From Thermodesulfobacteriota bacterium (GTDB lineage: Bacteria > Desulfobacterota_D > UBA1144 > Nemesobacterales > Mycalebacteriaceae): a stretch of DNA of 64,000 bases. The notes below the pieces were generated by a model. The model did not search any database. It was not told the DNA's origin and saw only the letters and a program-made list of their open reading frames with translations. The position numbers and the translations under genes are program-made. Of this stretch, positions 1 to 10,178 are shown one piece after another (position 1 is the stretch's first letter; each line of letters opens with the position of its first letter). The stretch is taken from NCBI GenBank assembly GCA_965198945.1, contig CBDAQI010000013.1, forward strand, positions 62,428-126,427, given 5' to 3'.

Positions 1-792
1 GCGGTTATTTTCATTCCGCATGACCTTGAGAAATCAAAGGTGATAAACACTGTTATTTACGGAGCGAAACTGATTGGCATAAAAGGCACATATGATGATG
101 TGAACCGTCTTTGCAGCGAAATTGCCGGAAGGCGTGAATGGGCTTTTGTAAATGTTAACATGCGGCCCTATTATTCCGAGGGTTCAAAGAGTCTGGGATT
201 TGAAATATCCGAGCAGATGGGCTGGAAAATTCCGCGCCATGTAGTTGCTCCCATGGCGAGCGGTTCTCTTCTCACAAAAATATGGAAGGCGTTCCACGAA
301 TTGCGTGAAGTCGGGCTTGTTGATGACGCGGAACCGGTTCCCTCCATGTATGGCGCTCAGGCAACCGGGTGTTCTCCAATTTCAACCGCCGTTAAGGAAG
401 GGAGAGATTTTTTCAAACCCGTCATACCGGAAACCATTGCGAAGTCTCTTTCAATCGGCAATCCGGCGGACGGTTACTACGCAATCAAAATTATGAACGA
501 AAGCGGTGGGTGGAGTGAAGACGCATCAGATGAGGAAATAAGGCGGGGAATAACTCTGCTTGCTGAAACCGAGGGCATATACACTGAAACCGCCGGAGGC
601 GTTACCGTCGCGACCGCAAAAAAACTTATTGAGCAGGGACGTATACCTGAAGGCGAAACAACCGTTTTATGCATAACGGGCAACGGCCTCAAAACTCAGG
701 ACGCGATTGAAAACAGTGTTTCAACCCCTTATCTTATAGAGCCGAATATTGAAGATTTTGAGGAGATATTCGCTAAAATCAACAGCAACTAA
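1..792 (+). CDS. thrC: Threonine synthase, C-terminal part. The 5' end lies outside the window: the reading frame is open from base 1.
   Basis: ORF 40..792 translation has the PLP fold-type II threonine synthase C-terminal signature (ATGCSPI... SIGNPADGYY... ITGNGLK). The same frame reads through from position 1 with no stop. Confidence 0.8.
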   Translation, partial: AVIFIPHDLEKSKVINTVIYGAKLIGIKGTYDDVNRLCSEIAGRREWAFVNVNMRPYYSEGSKSLGFEISEQMGWKIPRHVVAPMASGSLLTKIWKAFHELREVGLVDDAEPVPSMYGAQATGCSPISTAVKEGRDFFKPVIPETIAKSLSIGNPADGYYAIKIMNESGGWSEDASDEEIRRGITLLAETEGIYTETAGGVTVATAKKLIEQGRIPEGETTVLCITGNGLKTQDAIENSVSTPYLIEPNIEDFEEIFAKINSN

Positions 793-807
793 CTGAAGGA
801 GTCAAAA

Positions 808-1137
808 ATGCCGCTTGTAAGAATACCAACACCGCTTAGAAATCTTTCCGGAGACAGAGACGAAATAGGTATCACCGCCGGAAACGTCGGAGAAATGATT
901 GAAAAACTTGAAGCGGAATGTCCCGGAATGAAAGACCGGCTCTGCGATGAGAATGGTGAAATCAGAAGGTTTATTAATATCTACGTCAACAATGAAGACA
1001 TAAGATTTCTGGACGGAAGGGAAACCGCGCTTTCCGAAAATGACAATGTTTCAATAATTCCCGCGATTGCGGGAGGGTTAAAAAGAAAAGCGGAAATTAA
1101 TTCCCAGATTGAAATTCCTTTGCCAGTTCATCAATAA
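808..1137 (+). CDS. MoaD/ThiS-family small sulfur-carrier-like protein with a Gly-Gly motif followed by a 19-aa C-terminal extension
   Basis: 109-aa ORF with AAGGAG RBS 8 nt upstream. Beta-grasp ThiS/MoaD-like sequence ending ...IIPAIAGG, then [19 protein letters not shown] before the stop. Its 3' end overlaps the convergent dnaJ. Confidence 0.55.
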   Translation: MPLVRIPTPLRNLSGDRDEIGITAGNVGEMIEKLEAECPGMKDRLCDENGEIRRFINIYVNNEDIRFLDGRETALSENDNVSIIPAIAGGLKRKAEINSQIEIPLPVHQ

Positions 1138-2170
1138 GTTTTTTCTGTTTGGCGGAAAGTTTTGTCGGAATTTCCACTTTGACTGTTACAAATAAATCTC
1201 CCATACCCCTGCCGTTCATATGGGGGATTCCTTTCCCTTTGAGTCTCATAACCGTTCCCGATTGAGTGCCGCCGGGTATTTTGAAACTTATATCTTTACC
1301 GTTCAAAGATGGAATTGATATTTCATCACCCTTGATTGCCTGTATAAAATTTATACTAGCACCACACAGCAGGTTTGCTCCCTCCCGGGTGAAAATTTCA
1401 TGCCCGCCCACTATGCACATGATATAAAGGTCTCCGTTCTCCCCTTTTCCATGCGGAGCGGCCCGCCCTTCGCCTCTTACTCTCAGACGCGTTCCGTTGT
1501 CAACCCCGGCTGGTATTAACACTTTCACTTTGCTTGTTTCCCTGACGACTCCCTCTCCGTGACACTTTCCGCATGGTTCCGTTATCAATTCCCCTCTGCC
1601 CTGACAGCCCCTGCATGTCTGCTGCATTGAGAAAAACCCCTGTGAATATGTCTGGCTTCCCCGGCCTCCGCATTGATCGCAGGTTACCGTTTTGTCTCCA
1701 CCCTTGCCTCGGCATTTTTCGCATTTGACAGTTCGCGGAATACTCACCTCTTCTTTGCATCCGAACACTGCGTTTTCAAAAGAGATGGCAAGGTCAAGAA
1801 TGAGATCCTGTCCCCTTGATGAGCCGCGTCTGTTTCCCGCGCCTCCGGAAAAAACATCGTCAAAAAGGTCTCCGAAAAGTCCGCCCAGGTCACCGAACCC
1901 CTCGTTCCGGCCTCCAAATCCGCCGCGCCCGAAATCAAACCCCGCGCCTCCGGCCCCGGCATGTCCGAAATTGTCGTATTGCGCCCTTTTCTGCTTGTCG
2001 GAAAGAACCTGATAGGCCTCGTTGATTTCCTTGAATTTTTCCTCTGCGTCTTTTTCTTTGTTTCTGTCAGGATGATATTTGAGAGCGAGTTTTTTATAGG
2101 CTTTTTTTATTTCGTCTTCGCTTGCGCTCCCGGAAACTCCGAGAACTTCGTAGTAGTCTTTTTTCCCCAT
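1097..2170 (-). CDS. dnaJ: Molecular chaperone DnaJ. True start is at the internal Met, [12 protein letters not shown].
   Basis: J-domain (HPDRNK), G/F-rich region, four CxxCxGxG zinc-finger repeats and the C-terminal domain. The ORF-track N-terminal extension [14 protein letters not shown]... is not conserved. Confidence 0.9.
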   Translation of the reverse strand: MGKKDYYEVLGVSGSASEDEIKKAYKKLALKYHPDRNKEKDAEEKFKEINEAYQVLSDKQKRAQYDNFGHAGAGGAGFDFGRGGFGGRNEGFGDLGGLFGDLFDDVFSGGAGNRRGSSRGQDLILDLAISFENAVFGCKEEVSIPRTVKCEKCRGKGGDKTVTCDQCGGRGSQTYSQGFFSMQQTCRGCQGRGELITEPCGKCHGEGVVRETSKVKVLIPAGVDNGTRLRVRGEGRAAPHGKGENGDLYIMCIVGGHEIFTREGANLLCGASINFIQAIKGDEISIPSLNGKDISFKIPGGTQSGTVMRLKGKGIPHMNGRGMGDLFVTVKVEIPTKLSAKQKKLIDELAKEFQSGN

Positions 2171-2171
2171 T

Positions 2172-2783
2172 CTATTCTTCCGTCTCTTTGTCTTCCGCCT
2201 CTTTTTCTTCTCCGCCCGATGATACTGCGACAAATACGGGGCGAATCAAGATGTTTTCCATTGAATATCCCTTTTTTATTTCCTGGACTACGCCGCCCCG
2301 CTCAACTTCCTCGGACGTTCTGTTTTCAACCGCCTGATGAATTTCCGGGTTGAACTTCTCCCCCGTTTTGGCTGAAAGCTGCGTTATGCCGAGGTTATTC
2401 AACTGAGAGACCGATTGTTCATAAGTCAGGCGGACACCTTGAACAAACCCTTCAACATCAGAGTCCAGTTGGTTTCCATGTCGGAGCGCCAGCTCCAGGT
2501 TGTCCATGGTGCCGAAAAATGATCTGGCAAGCTCAATCAGCCCTCCAAGACGAGCCTGTTCTTTTTCTTTGGCGGAACGTTTTTTGTAGTTGTCAAAATC
2601 GGCCGCAAGACGCAAAAATTTGTCGTTCAGGTCGTTGAATTTTTCCTCAAAGTTTTCAGCTTCTTCCGAGCCGTTTTTATATTTACTTTCGGGTGTTTTT
2701 TCATCGGCCGCCGCTTTTTTCTCCGGGGCTTCCGTGTCGTTTCTCCTCTCGCCGTTTTTCATTTTCTCTTTTTTTGAGGGCAT
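2172..2783 (-). CDS. grpE: Nucleotide exchange factor GrpE
   Basis: 203-aa ORF immediately upstream of dnaJ. GrpE-like coiled-coil and C-terminal beta domain (…[10 protein letters not shown]… VRLTYEQ… [10 protein letters not shown]). Confidence 0.85.
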   Translation of the reverse strand: MPSKKEKMKNGERRNDTEAPEKKAAADEKTPESKYKNGSEEAENFEEKFNDLNDKFLRLAADFDNYKKRSAKEKEQARLGGLIELARSFFGTMDNLELALRHGNQLDSDVEGFVQGVRLTYEQSVSQLNNLGITQLSAKTGEKFNPEIHQAVENRTSEEVERGGVVQEIKKGYSMENILIRPVFVAVSSGGEEKEAEDKETEE

Positions 2784-2800
2784 GGTGTAACAAACTCCTT

Positions 2801-3355
2801 TTATATTCCGCTTTTACAACGCGAATCATCCGGATGCCCAAAGTCCGCATCTTCCATGTAGATTTTTGAGTTTTTCACATAGTTTTCAGCTGATATTTTT
2901 ATACTTTCTTTTTCTTCCTCTGTCAGGTCTCTCACTACTTTGGCGGGTACTCCGACCGCAAGTTTGCCGGAAGGCACCGAAAACCCCGGAGGCACAAGGG
3001 CACCCGCCCCGACAATTGACTCTCCGTGTATTCTCGCTCCGTCAAGAACAATTGCTCCCATTCCCACCAGAACCTTGTCTTCAATCACGCATCCGTGAAC
3101 AATCGCATTGTGGCCCACTGTTACAAAGTCTCCAATTTCAAGCGGATATTTGCCGGAGGTTATATGAAGCATTGAATTATCCTGCACGTTTGTGCGGGTG
3201 CCGATTTTTATGCTGTGCACATCTCCTCTGGCAACCGTGTTAAACCACAAGCTTGATTCCCGGCCGACTGTAACATCTCCGACTACGACAGCATGTTCGG
3301 CTATGAAAGCGGTGCGGTGTATGCACGGGGTTTTTCCTTTAAGGGTTTTTATCAA
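2801..3355 (-). CDS. Gamma-class carbonic anhydrase family / hexapeptide-repeat protein (YrdA/PaaY-like)
   Basis: 184 aa with left-handed beta-helix hexapeptide repeats and a His-containing gamma-CA-like core (…VGHNAIVHGCVI…). Lies between dnaK and grpE on the same strand. Confidence 0.75.
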   Translation of the reverse strand: MIKTLKGKTPCIHRTAFIAEHAVVVGDVTVGRESSLWFNTVARGDVHSIKIGTRTNVQDNSMLHITSGKYPLEIGDFVTVGHNAIVHGCVIEDKVLVGMGAIVLDGARIHGESIVGAGALVPPGFSVPSGKLAVGVPAKVVRDLTEEEKESIKISAENYVKNSKIYMEDADFGHPDDSRCKSGI

Positions 3356-3379
3356 TTTATTTATCTGTTATTTCCGCGT

Positions 3380-5269
3380 CTATAACCTCTCCGTCATCGT
3401 CCTTGTTTTTTTTATCTCGGTTTGTTCTTCCTCTGCCTGACCCGGTTGTGCTGATCCGTTCGCCTCCTGCTGCTGTTTATACATTATTTCGGCAAGTTTG
3501 TGAGATGCCTTGGTTATATCATCAGATGCCTTGACAATGTCTTCGGAGCTTCCGGATTTAATGGCTTCCTTACCCGTTTTAAGAGCCTGCTCAAGGTCTT
3601 CTTTTTCTTTATCGGAAAGCTTTTTTTTGTGCTCTTCAAAGGTTTTTTCAGTTGAATAAATCAACTGGTCCAGCTGGTTTTTTTCCTGAACGGTCTTGTG
3701 TTTTTTCTCGTCCTCCTCTGATTTTTCCTCAGCGTCTTTTATCATTGAGTCTATTTCTTCCTGAGAGAGTCCGCTTGAAGATTCAACCTTGATTTTCTGT
3801 TCCTTGCCTGTTGCTTTGTCCTGAGCGGTTACGTGCAGAATACCGTCCGCGTCTATGTCAAAAGAAACCTCAACCTGGGGCAACCCTCTGGGCGCCGGGG
3901 GGATTTTATCCAGAATAAACTTGGCAAGAGTCCTGTTGTCGGAAGACATTTTTCTCTCTCCCTGAAGAACATGTATTTCAACCTGTGTTTGATTATCTTC
4001 CGCGGTTGTGAAAACCTGGCTTTTCTTTGCCGGTATTGTTGTGTTTGATTCAATTATTGGGGTCATTATTCCACCGAGGGTTTCAATTCCCAACGAAAGC
4101 GGTGTAACATCCAAAAGCAGAACATCCTTCACATCACCGCCGAGCACCGCTCCCTGAATAGCCGCTCCCATCGCCACAACCTCGTCCGGGTTGATTCCCT
4201 TGTGCGGTTCCCTCCCAAAGAAGTCGGTAACAGTTTTCTGAACGAGAGGCATTCTTGTTGAACCTCCGACAAGCAGAACCTCTGATATGTCCGAAGCTTT
4301 GAGGCCCGCGTCTTCAAGAGCCTTTTTACAGGGTTCAAGAGTTCCTTTTACCATTGGGTCTATAAGCTGTTCAAGTTTTGACCGTGTTATTTTCATCACT
4401 AGATGTTTGGCGCCCGATGAGTCAGCCGTGATAAACGGCAGGTTGATTTCCGTCTCAAGTTTGTTTGAAAGCTCAATTTTCGCTTTTTCAGCAGCCTCTC
4501 TGAGACGCTGAATTGCCATTTTGTCGCCTGACAGATCTATGCCGCTGTCTTTTTTGAACTCTTCAATGATGTAGGAGATGATGTGCCGGTCAAAGTCATC
4601 TCCTCCCAGCGCCGTGTCTCCGTTGGTGGATTTTACTTCTATTACTCCGTCACTTATCTCAAGCACTGACACGTCAAAAGTTCCGCCGCCAAGGTCGTAA
4701 ACCACAATTTTACGGTCTTTCTGATTATCAAAACCGTAAGCGAGCGCGGCGGCCGTCGGCTCGTTGATAATTCTGTTCACTTCAAGACCGGCAATTTTAC
4801 CGGCATCTTTGGTGGCCTGTCTCTGGCTGTCGTTAAAATAAGCGGGAACGGTGATCACGGCCTCTTTGACTTCAACGCCAAGATAGTTTTCAGCCGCTTT
4901 TTTCAGCTTCATCAAAACATGGGATGCTATTTGCGGAGGGGAGTATTTTTTCTCTTCCACTTCAATCCACGCATCTTCACCTTTTGATGAAGAAACAATG
5001 TTGTAGGGAAGTTTCTCCGTCAATTCTTTGACTTCATCAACCCGCCTTCCCATAAGGCGTTTTGATGAATAAATGGTGTTTGCCGGGTTGACAACAGCCT
5101 GTCTTTTTGCGGGAACCCCGACGAGCACACCGTCTTCTTTTGTGAAAGCGACCGTTGAAGGAGTTGTACGCTCTCCTTCTTCATTGACTATAACCTTTGC
5201 TTCTCCGCCTTCAACAACGGAAACTACCGAGTTTGTTGTTCCCAGGTCTATACCGATTATTTTTGACAT
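3380..5269 (-). CDS. dnaK: Molecular chaperone DnaK (Hsp70)
   Basis: 629 aa with canonical Hsp70 motifs ([29 protein letters not shown]) and an EEV-like acidic C-terminus. Confidence 0.95.
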   Translation of the reverse strand: MSKIIGIDLGTTNSVVSVVEGGEAKVIVNEEGERTTPSTVAFTKEDGVLVGVPAKRQAVVNPANTIYSSKRLMGRRVDEVKELTEKLPYNIVSSSKGEDAWIEVEEKKYSPPQIASHVLMKLKKAAENYLGVEVKEAVITVPAYFNDSQRQATKDAGKIAGLEVNRIINEPTAAALAYGFDNQKDRKIVVYDLGGGTFDVSVLEISDGVIEVKSTNGDTALGGDDFDRHIISYIIEEFKKDSGIDLSGDKMAIQRLREAAEKAKIELSNKLETEINLPFITADSSGAKHLVMKITRSKLEQLIDPMVKGTLEPCKKALEDAGLKASDISEVLLVGGSTRMPLVQKTVTDFFGREPHKGINPDEVVAMGAAIQGAVLGGDVKDVLLLDVTPLSLGIETLGGIMTPIIESNTTIPAKKSQVFTTAEDNQTQVEIHVLQGERKMSSDNRTLAKFILDKIPPAPRGLPQVEVSFDIDADGILHVTAQDKATGKEQKIKVESSSGLSQEEIDSMIKDAEEKSEEDEKKHKTVQEKNQLDQLIYSTEKTFEEHKKKLSDKEKEDLEQALKTGKEAIKSGSSEDIVKASDDITKASHKLAEIMYKQQQEANGSAQPGQAEEEQTEIKKTRTMTERL

Positions 5270-5425
5270 TCCATTCCTCCGTTTTTTCAGGCTGATGTTA
5301 AAAAACAGCCTTGATTTTCAAATTCTTTTTCTTCTCACTTCTTCCGGGTTTCTCAATATGATTCCCTTTGCCGATTTTTCTGGCACACGGGCAACTTCCA
5401 CCAACCCCAACATATTTATATTGAA

Positions 5426-5460
5426 GGCAATGTTTGCAACCCCAGTCCCCGGCACTTCTA
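5426..5460 (-). promoter_or_regulatory. Putative sigma70-type promoter upstream of dnaK: TTGACA, 17 nt, ATTTTA on the minus strand
   Basis: The minus strand reads TTGACACCTCACTTTCAGTGCTTATTTTA about 160 nt upstream of the dnaK start. It contains a short imperfect inverted repeat, GCACTgaaAGTG. Confidence 0.3.
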
Positions 5461-5629
5461 AAATAAGCACTGAAAGTGAGGTGTCAATAAATAAAATGAG
5501 CCTCAAAAAAAGAACGGTTCCAATATGTGCAAGAAAAAATCATATTGTATATCAATAAGTTAAGATGCAAACCGAAGGTACAATCTATGGGGCTGTGTTT
5601 TCGCGTTTTTTGCCCGGAGCGCTTTTAAG

Positions 5630-6793
5630 TCAGGCGGATATGGCGCTCACCGCTTTTTCCGCCGCCTCTTTCATGTCGGCGCCCGTTGTAATATCAAGCC
5701 CGGATTCGGCAAGCATTTTCCTGCCAAGCTCAACGTTTGTGCCTTCAAGCCTTACAACCAGAGGAACTTTGATTCCGACCTCTCTGGCGGCGGTGATTAT
5801 ACCCTCCGCAATGACGTCGCATTTCATTATGCCCCCGAATATGTTCACCAGAATTGATTTCACATTTTTGTCGCTCAGTATCATTTTGAATGCCTTTGTA
5901 ACCTGCTCTGTGGTTGCTCCTCCGCCGACATCAAGAAAGTTTGCCGGCTCCCCTCCGTAATATTTGATTATATCCATTGTTGCCATGGCAAGACCTGCCC
6001 CGTTTACAAGACACCCTATGTTCCCGTCCATTTTAACAAAACTGATTCCCACTTCCCGCGCTTCGGCATCAAGAGGATTTTCATCGCTCAGGTCGCGCAT
6101 TTCTTCAAGAGATTTGTGTCTGTAGAGGGCGTTGTCATCAAGGTTTATCTTGCAGTCAAGCGCCTTCAAGTCACCTTCTCCGGTCAATATCAGGGGGTTA
6201 ATCTCCGCGATTGAGCAGTCATTTTCAGTATAGAGTTTGTAAAGACCCGATATAAAACCAACCGCTTTGTTAACGGTTTTTCCCGTAAGTCCCATTCCAT
6301 ATGCAATCCTTCTGCATTGAAAAGGCTGTATTCCGATTGCCGGGTCAATAATCTCCTTGATGATTTTTTCCGGTGTTTCCTTTGCGACTTCCTCAATTTC
6401 AACTCCGCCTTCCGAGCTTGCCATTACTATGTCTTTTTCGTTTGAGCGGTCTGACACAATTGCCAGATAAAACTCATGCTTAATGTCAGCGGGTTCTTCC
6501 ACAAGGACCTTGCGTACGACTTTTCCCTCAGGCCCGGTCTGGTGTGTTAAGAGAGTCATTCCGAGCATTTCTGATGAGATTTCTTCCACCTCTTCGGGAG
6601 TTACGGCTATTTTAATTCCTCCGGCTTTGCCCCTGCCTCCGGCAAGAACCTGAGCCTTTACGACAAATTTTTCAAAATTAAGAGATTTGGCGTGCCGGAC
6701 GGCTTGCTCCGCCGTTTCCGCCACCTTTCCGGCGGGAACGGGCACTCCGTATTTTGAAAGCAGTTCTTTTGACTGATACTCATGAAGGTTCAC
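5630..6793 (-). CDS. sucC: Succinate--CoA ligase (ADP-forming) beta subunit
   Basis: 387 aa. N-terminal ATP-grasp ([12 protein letters not shown]…) and C-terminal CoA-ligase domain. No sucD follows it. Confidence 0.9.
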   Translation of the reverse strand: MNLHEYQSKELLSKYGVPVPAGKVAETAEQAVRHAKSLNFEKFVVKAQVLAGGRGKAGGIKIAVTPEEVEEISSEMLGMTLLTHQTGPEGKVVRKVLVEEPADIKHEFYLAIVSDRSNEKDIVMASSEGGVEIEEVAKETPEKIIKEIIDPAIGIQPFQCRRIAYGMGLTGKTVNKAVGFISGLYKLYTENDCSIAEINPLILTGEGDLKALDCKINLDDNALYRHKSLEEMRDLSDENPLDAEAREVGISFVKMDGNIGCLVNGAGLAMATMDIIKYYGGEPANFLDVGGGATTEQVTKAFKMILSDKNVKSILVNIFGGIMKCDVIAEGIITAAREVGIKVPLVVRLEGTNVELGRKMLAESGLDITTGADMKEAAEKAVSAISA

Positions 6794-6814
6794 TTTGTTT
6801 TTCTCCCTTTGAAT

Positions 6815-7591
6815 TTATTTTATGGCGGATTTTATCCAGCTCCTTTTCATGTTGGCAATGTTGATGATGGAAATTCCTTTGGGGCAGACTGCTTCACATT
6901 CGGCGTGATTTGAGCAGTTTCCGAAGCCTTCGGCATCCATTTGTTCAACCATCCCCGCAACCCTGCTCATCGCTTCGGGGGCTCCCTGGGGCAGAATACC
7001 GAGGTGGGTTATTTTTGCCGAGGTGAAGAGCGAAGCGGAAGCGTTGGGACAAGCCGCCACACACGCCCCGCACCCGATGCATTCGGCCGAATCCATTGCC
7101 TCGTCGGCTATCCGTTTTGGAATTGGAATATCATTTGCGTTCGGCGCGCTTCCGGTGTTCACCGAAACATAACCTCCCGCACGGATGATTCTGTCAAAGG
7201 CGCTTCTGTCAACTATAAGATCCTTCTGAACCGGAAAAGCATTTGCCCGGAAAGGCTCAATGAATATGGTGTCTCCGTCTTTGAAGTGTCTCATATGCAG
7301 CTGGCAGACTGTTGTTCCGGATTCCGGGCCGTGCGCCTCTCCGTTGATGGTAAGTCCGCAGGTCCCGCAAATACCCTCTCTGCAATCACTGTCAAAGGCA
7401 ATCGGGTCTATGTCTTCTTTGATCAGGTCTTCATTGATAACATCCAGCATTTCCAGAAAGGACATATCGGGTGATACGTCTTTTGCTTCGTATTTTTGTA
7501 TTGCACCTTTTGACTCCGCATCTTTCTGACGCCAGACCATAAGCGTTAGATTCATTGTTTTAAGGTTTTCATACATCAGATATAGCCCCAT
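6815..7591 (-). CDS. sdhB: Succinate dehydrogenase / fumarate reductase iron-sulfur subunit. The real start may be an internal Met near 7555.
   Basis: 2Fe-2S plant-type Cys pattern ([10 protein letters not shown]), 4Fe-4S CxxCxxC and 3Fe-4S clusters ([12 protein letters not shown]… CEAVCP). Confidence 0.9.
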   Translation of the reverse strand: MGLYLMYENLKTMNLTLMVWRQKDAESKGAIQKYEAKDVSPDMSFLEMLDVINEDLIKEDIDPIAFDSDCREGICGTCGLTINGEAHGPESGTTVCQLHMRHFKDGDTIFIEPFRANAFPVQKDLIVDRSAFDRIIRAGGYVSVNTGSAPNANDIPIPKRIADEAMDSAECIGCGACVAACPNASASLFTSAKITHLGILPQGAPEAMSRVAGMVEQMDAEGFGNCSNHAECEAVCPKGISIINIANMKRSWIKSAIK

Positions 7592-7860
7592 TTTTTAAAC
7601 TGTCTCTGCAAATCCGGGTCGTTTTGAAACGCCAGGTGGAACAGATACTCGGAAGCCAGGTCCAATTCGTCAGACCAGAATACGGCGCTATGTTTCACCT
7701 TGAAATTTTTGAAATACTTCTTTTCTTTCAATTTGGAAAAGACGGGTCTCCTGTCGTTCAATATTGTCTGCTCAAGACCTGCAATTCCGGCTTTGCCGTT
7801 GTTAAAAACAAGGCGGATATTGTAATCGCCCGCATATTCGGCTTCTGTGACTTCAAGCAT
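7576..7860 (-). CDS. DUF2442-family small protein, the partner of the DUF4160 remnant upstream
   Basis: 94 aa, [22 protein letters not shown]…[14 protein letters not shown]. Matches the DUF2442 pattern (…W.nG.D..PE.L…). Inserted between sdhA and sdhB. Confidence 0.65.
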   Translation of the reverse strand: MLEVTEAEYAGDYNIRLVFNNGKAGIAGLEQTILNDRRPVFSKLKEKKYFKNFKVKHSAVFWSDELDLASEYLFHLAFQNDPDLQRQFKKWGYI

Positions 7861-7868
7861 TGCATGCC

Positions 7869-8051
7869 CTATACTAACGGCTTTATTTTACTGTATTTCC
7901 CCGTTTTTTGAATACTGTTTCAGTTTTCCAGCAGTTCGTCCCGATGCTGTTCCGCCCACTCAACCACCAGATTCATAACTCTTTGAGGCAGTTTTCCTTC
8001 CAGCGGTTCCAATGTTTCTTTCTGTGTTTTCATAACCCATCGTTTTTTAAG
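7869..8051 (-). pseudogene. Decayed DUF4160-family gene. Only the C-terminal half survives, interrupted by an in-frame TGA at the conserved Trp position.
   Basis: Minus-strand frame reads LKKRWVMKTQKETLEPLEGKLPQRVMNLVVEWAEQHRDELLEN-TGA-NSIQKTGKYSKIKPLV-TAG. This matches the DUF4160 C-terminus (…EG.LP……V.EWA..H.DEL…W……KI.PL). No N-terminal PPHFH-type half is found in any frame upstream. Confidence 0.55.
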
Positions 8052-8262
8052 TCAAAGGCTTAGACAACATTTATTTTGATGAACTTCTCTTTGGGATACT
8101 GCCGCTCCATTGCTTCTCTTAGGGTGTTGTGTGCTTTTATTAGAGACTCTATTTTCCTCAACACGTTTCATAATTCGTTCAGTCAACTGCTTGACTTCAT
8201 GAACAACATTCTGTCCTATCAGTTTTTCAAGAGACTCTTCCGTAAAAAGAAGAGAGGCAGGT

Positions 8263-10173
8263 TTATTTGTAACTCCTTGTTGAAGGCTTTACAAATTCAA
8301 AATCAAGATTTTCTTTCTGAAGTTCAGCCTGTCCGTCCGGGTTGCTTTTCCATGCGGCCACATATGAATAATTTTCATCATCGCGCAGCGCTTCTCCGTC
8401 TCCGGTTTGAAATTCCTCCCTGAAATGTCCTCCGCAGGACTCCTCCCTTTCCAAAGCGTCTTTTGCCATCAATTCTCCGAGTTCAAGAAAATCAGCCACC
8501 CTGCCAGCCATTTCGAGATTTTTGTTAATCGTGTCGGAGCCTTCCGGGATTTTTACATTGTTGTGGAACTCTTCTCTAAGCCTTGGAATCTCTTTAAGAG
8601 CGTGGTTCAGGCCTTCTCTGTTTCTGGACATCCCGACATAGTCCCAGATGATTTTTCCGAGTTCGCGGTGAAACTCAAGAACGGTTTTGTTTCCTTTGAT
8701 TGAGAGCAGTTTGTCCGTTTTATCCGTAACCTCTTTTACGCTCTGTTTGAATTCATCGGAATCCTCGGTTGTTTCCCGCAGCTTTGCTCCCGCAAAGTAT
8801 TCGCCGATTGTATAGGGTATTACGAAATAACCGTCCGCAAGCCCCTGCATTAGAGCGCTTGCGCCCAGTCTGTTTGCTCCGTGGTCTGAGAAATTTGCCT
8901 CTCCGAGAACAAAGAGTCCCGGAATTGTGCTCATCAGCCCGTAGTCAACCCACAGCCCGCCCATGCAGTAGTGAACCGCCGGATAGATTCTCATCGGAAC
9001 CTTGTAGGGGTTCTCATCGGTAATTTTCTGATATATGTCAAAAAGGTTTCCGTATTTTTCCCTCACCGTCCGTTCACCGAGCCTCTGTATCGCTGAAGCA
9101 AAATCCAGATAGACCGCAAGTCCGGTCTCCCCTACTCCGCCTCCTTCATCACAGATGGCTTTTGCGGCCCTTGAAGCCACATCTCTGGGCACAAGATTTC
9201 CAAATGCGGGGTATCTTCTCTCAAGATAGTAGTCTCTTTCTTCTTCCGGTATCAGGTCCGGACTTCTTTTATCTTCCCTGTTTTTCGGCACCCATACCCG
9301 TCCGTCATTTCTGAGGCTTTCACTCATCAGAGTCAGTTTTGACTGATGGTCACCGGAGACCGGAATGCATGTGGGGTGTATCTGGGTAAAACAGGGGTTT
9401 GCAAAAATAGCGCCTTTTTTATGGCATCGCCATGCCGCCGTTACATTTGAGTTTCTGCCGTTTGTTGACAAGTAGTAGATATTGCCGTATCCGCCGGTTG
9501 CAAGAACAACCGCATCCGCTTCATATGGTTCTACCCGGCCGTTTTTGAGGTTTCTGCAAACCACGCCCCGCACTTTCCCGTCAACAATGACTAGGTCAAG
9601 CATTTCCCTCATCGGTAGAATCTCCACCCCTCCCTTGTCCGCCTGACGCATAAGAGCGCTGTAGGCCCCGATTAGAAGCTGCTGCCCTGTTTGACCGCGC
9701 GCGTAGAATGTTCTTGAAACCTGTGCTCCTCCGAAAGAGCGGTTTTCAAGCATTCCGCCGTAGTCTCTGGCGAAAGGAACCCCCTGTGCGACGCACTGGT
9801 CTATAATGCCGGCGCTTATCTCCGCAAGCCTGTAGACGTTCGCCTCTCTGGCCCTGTAGTCTCCGCCTTTTATGGTGTCGTAGAAAAGACGCCATACGCT
9901 GTCGCCGTCATTCTGGTAGTTTTTTGCGGCGTTAATACCGCCCTGGGCGGCGATGCTGTGAGCTCTTCTCGGAGAGTCCTGAATGCAGATATTTTTGACT
10001 TTGTATCCGAGCTCGGCGAGTGAGGCGGAAGCCGATGCTCCGGCAAGACCGCTGCCTACCACTATAACTTTGAAACCGCGTTTATTGGCCGGGTTGACAA
10101 GCGGCACACTGGATTTGTATTTAGTCCACTTGTCTTCAAGTCCGCCTTCGGGAATTTTTGCGTTAAGAGACAA
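8263..10173 (-). CDS. sdhA: Succinate dehydrogenase / fumarate reductase flavoprotein subunit. Probable TTG start at 10173 after an AGGA RBS; the alternative ATG at 10209 would overlap sdhC.
   Basis: FAD-binding GSGLAG, covalent-FAD His region, and the Bacteroidetes/Chlorobi-type N-terminal extension (…[17 protein letters not shown]…LVNPANKR…). Confidence 0.9.
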   Translation of the reverse strand: MSLNAKIPEGGLEDKWTKYKSSVPLVNPANKRGFKVIVVGSGLAGASASASLAELGYKVKNICIQDSPRRAHSIAAQGGINAAKNYQNDGDSVWRLFYDTIKGGDYRAREANVYRLAEISAGIIDQCVAQGVPFARDYGGMLENRSFGGAQVSRTFYARGQTGQQLLIGAYSALMRQADKGGVEILPMREMLDLVIVDGKVRGVVCRNLKNGRVEPYEADAVVLATGGYGNIYYLSTNGRNSNVTAAWRCHKKGAIFANPCFTQIHPTCIPVSGDHQSKLTLMSESLRNDGRVWVPKNREDKRSPDLIPEEERDYYLERRYPAFGNLVPRDVASRAAKAICDEGGGVGETGLAVYLDFASAIQRLGERTVREKYGNLFDIYQKITDENPYKVPMRIYPAVHYCMGGLWVDYGLMSTIPGLFVLGEANFSDHGANRLGASALMQGLADGYFVIPYTIGEYFAGAKLRETTEDSDEFKQSVKEVTDKTDKLLSIKGNKTVLEFHRELGKIIWDYVGMSRNREGLNHALKEIPRLREEFHNNVKIPEGSDTINKNLEMAGRVADFLELGELMAKDALEREESCGGHFREEFQTGDGEALRDDENYSYVAAWKSNPDGQAELQKENLDFEFVKPSTRSYK

Positions 10174-10178
10174 CTTTT

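Noticed and set aside
5426-5470. Possible CIRCE (HrcA operator) upstream of dnaK
   Set aside because: Only a short imperfect inverted repeat (GCACT-N3-AGTG) is present. It does not match TTAGCACTC-N9-GAGTGCTAA in sequence or spacing.
7869-8051. TGA read as Trp (alternative genetic code) to explain the in-frame TGA in the DUF4160 remnant
   Set aside because: ndk, whose C-terminus is conserved, terminates at TGA, so TGA is a stop in this genome. A single nonsense change or sequencing error is the simpler explanation.
8055-8262. A 37-70-aa minus-strand frame just downstream of sdhA (…MKRVEENRVSNKSTQHPKRSNGAAVSQREVHQNKCCLSL) as the missing DUF4160 N-terminus
   Set aside because: No resemblance to the DUF4160 N-terminal PPHFH region, no convincing start or RBS, and low-complexity composition.
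8076-8423. 115-aa plus-strand ORF (and the many other 60-190-aa ORFs antisense to dnaJ, dnaK, acnA, icd, fabF, ligA etc.)
   Set aside because: They lie entirely within, or antisense to, strongly supported genes. They have no recognisable domains and show the biased composition of shadow ORFs.
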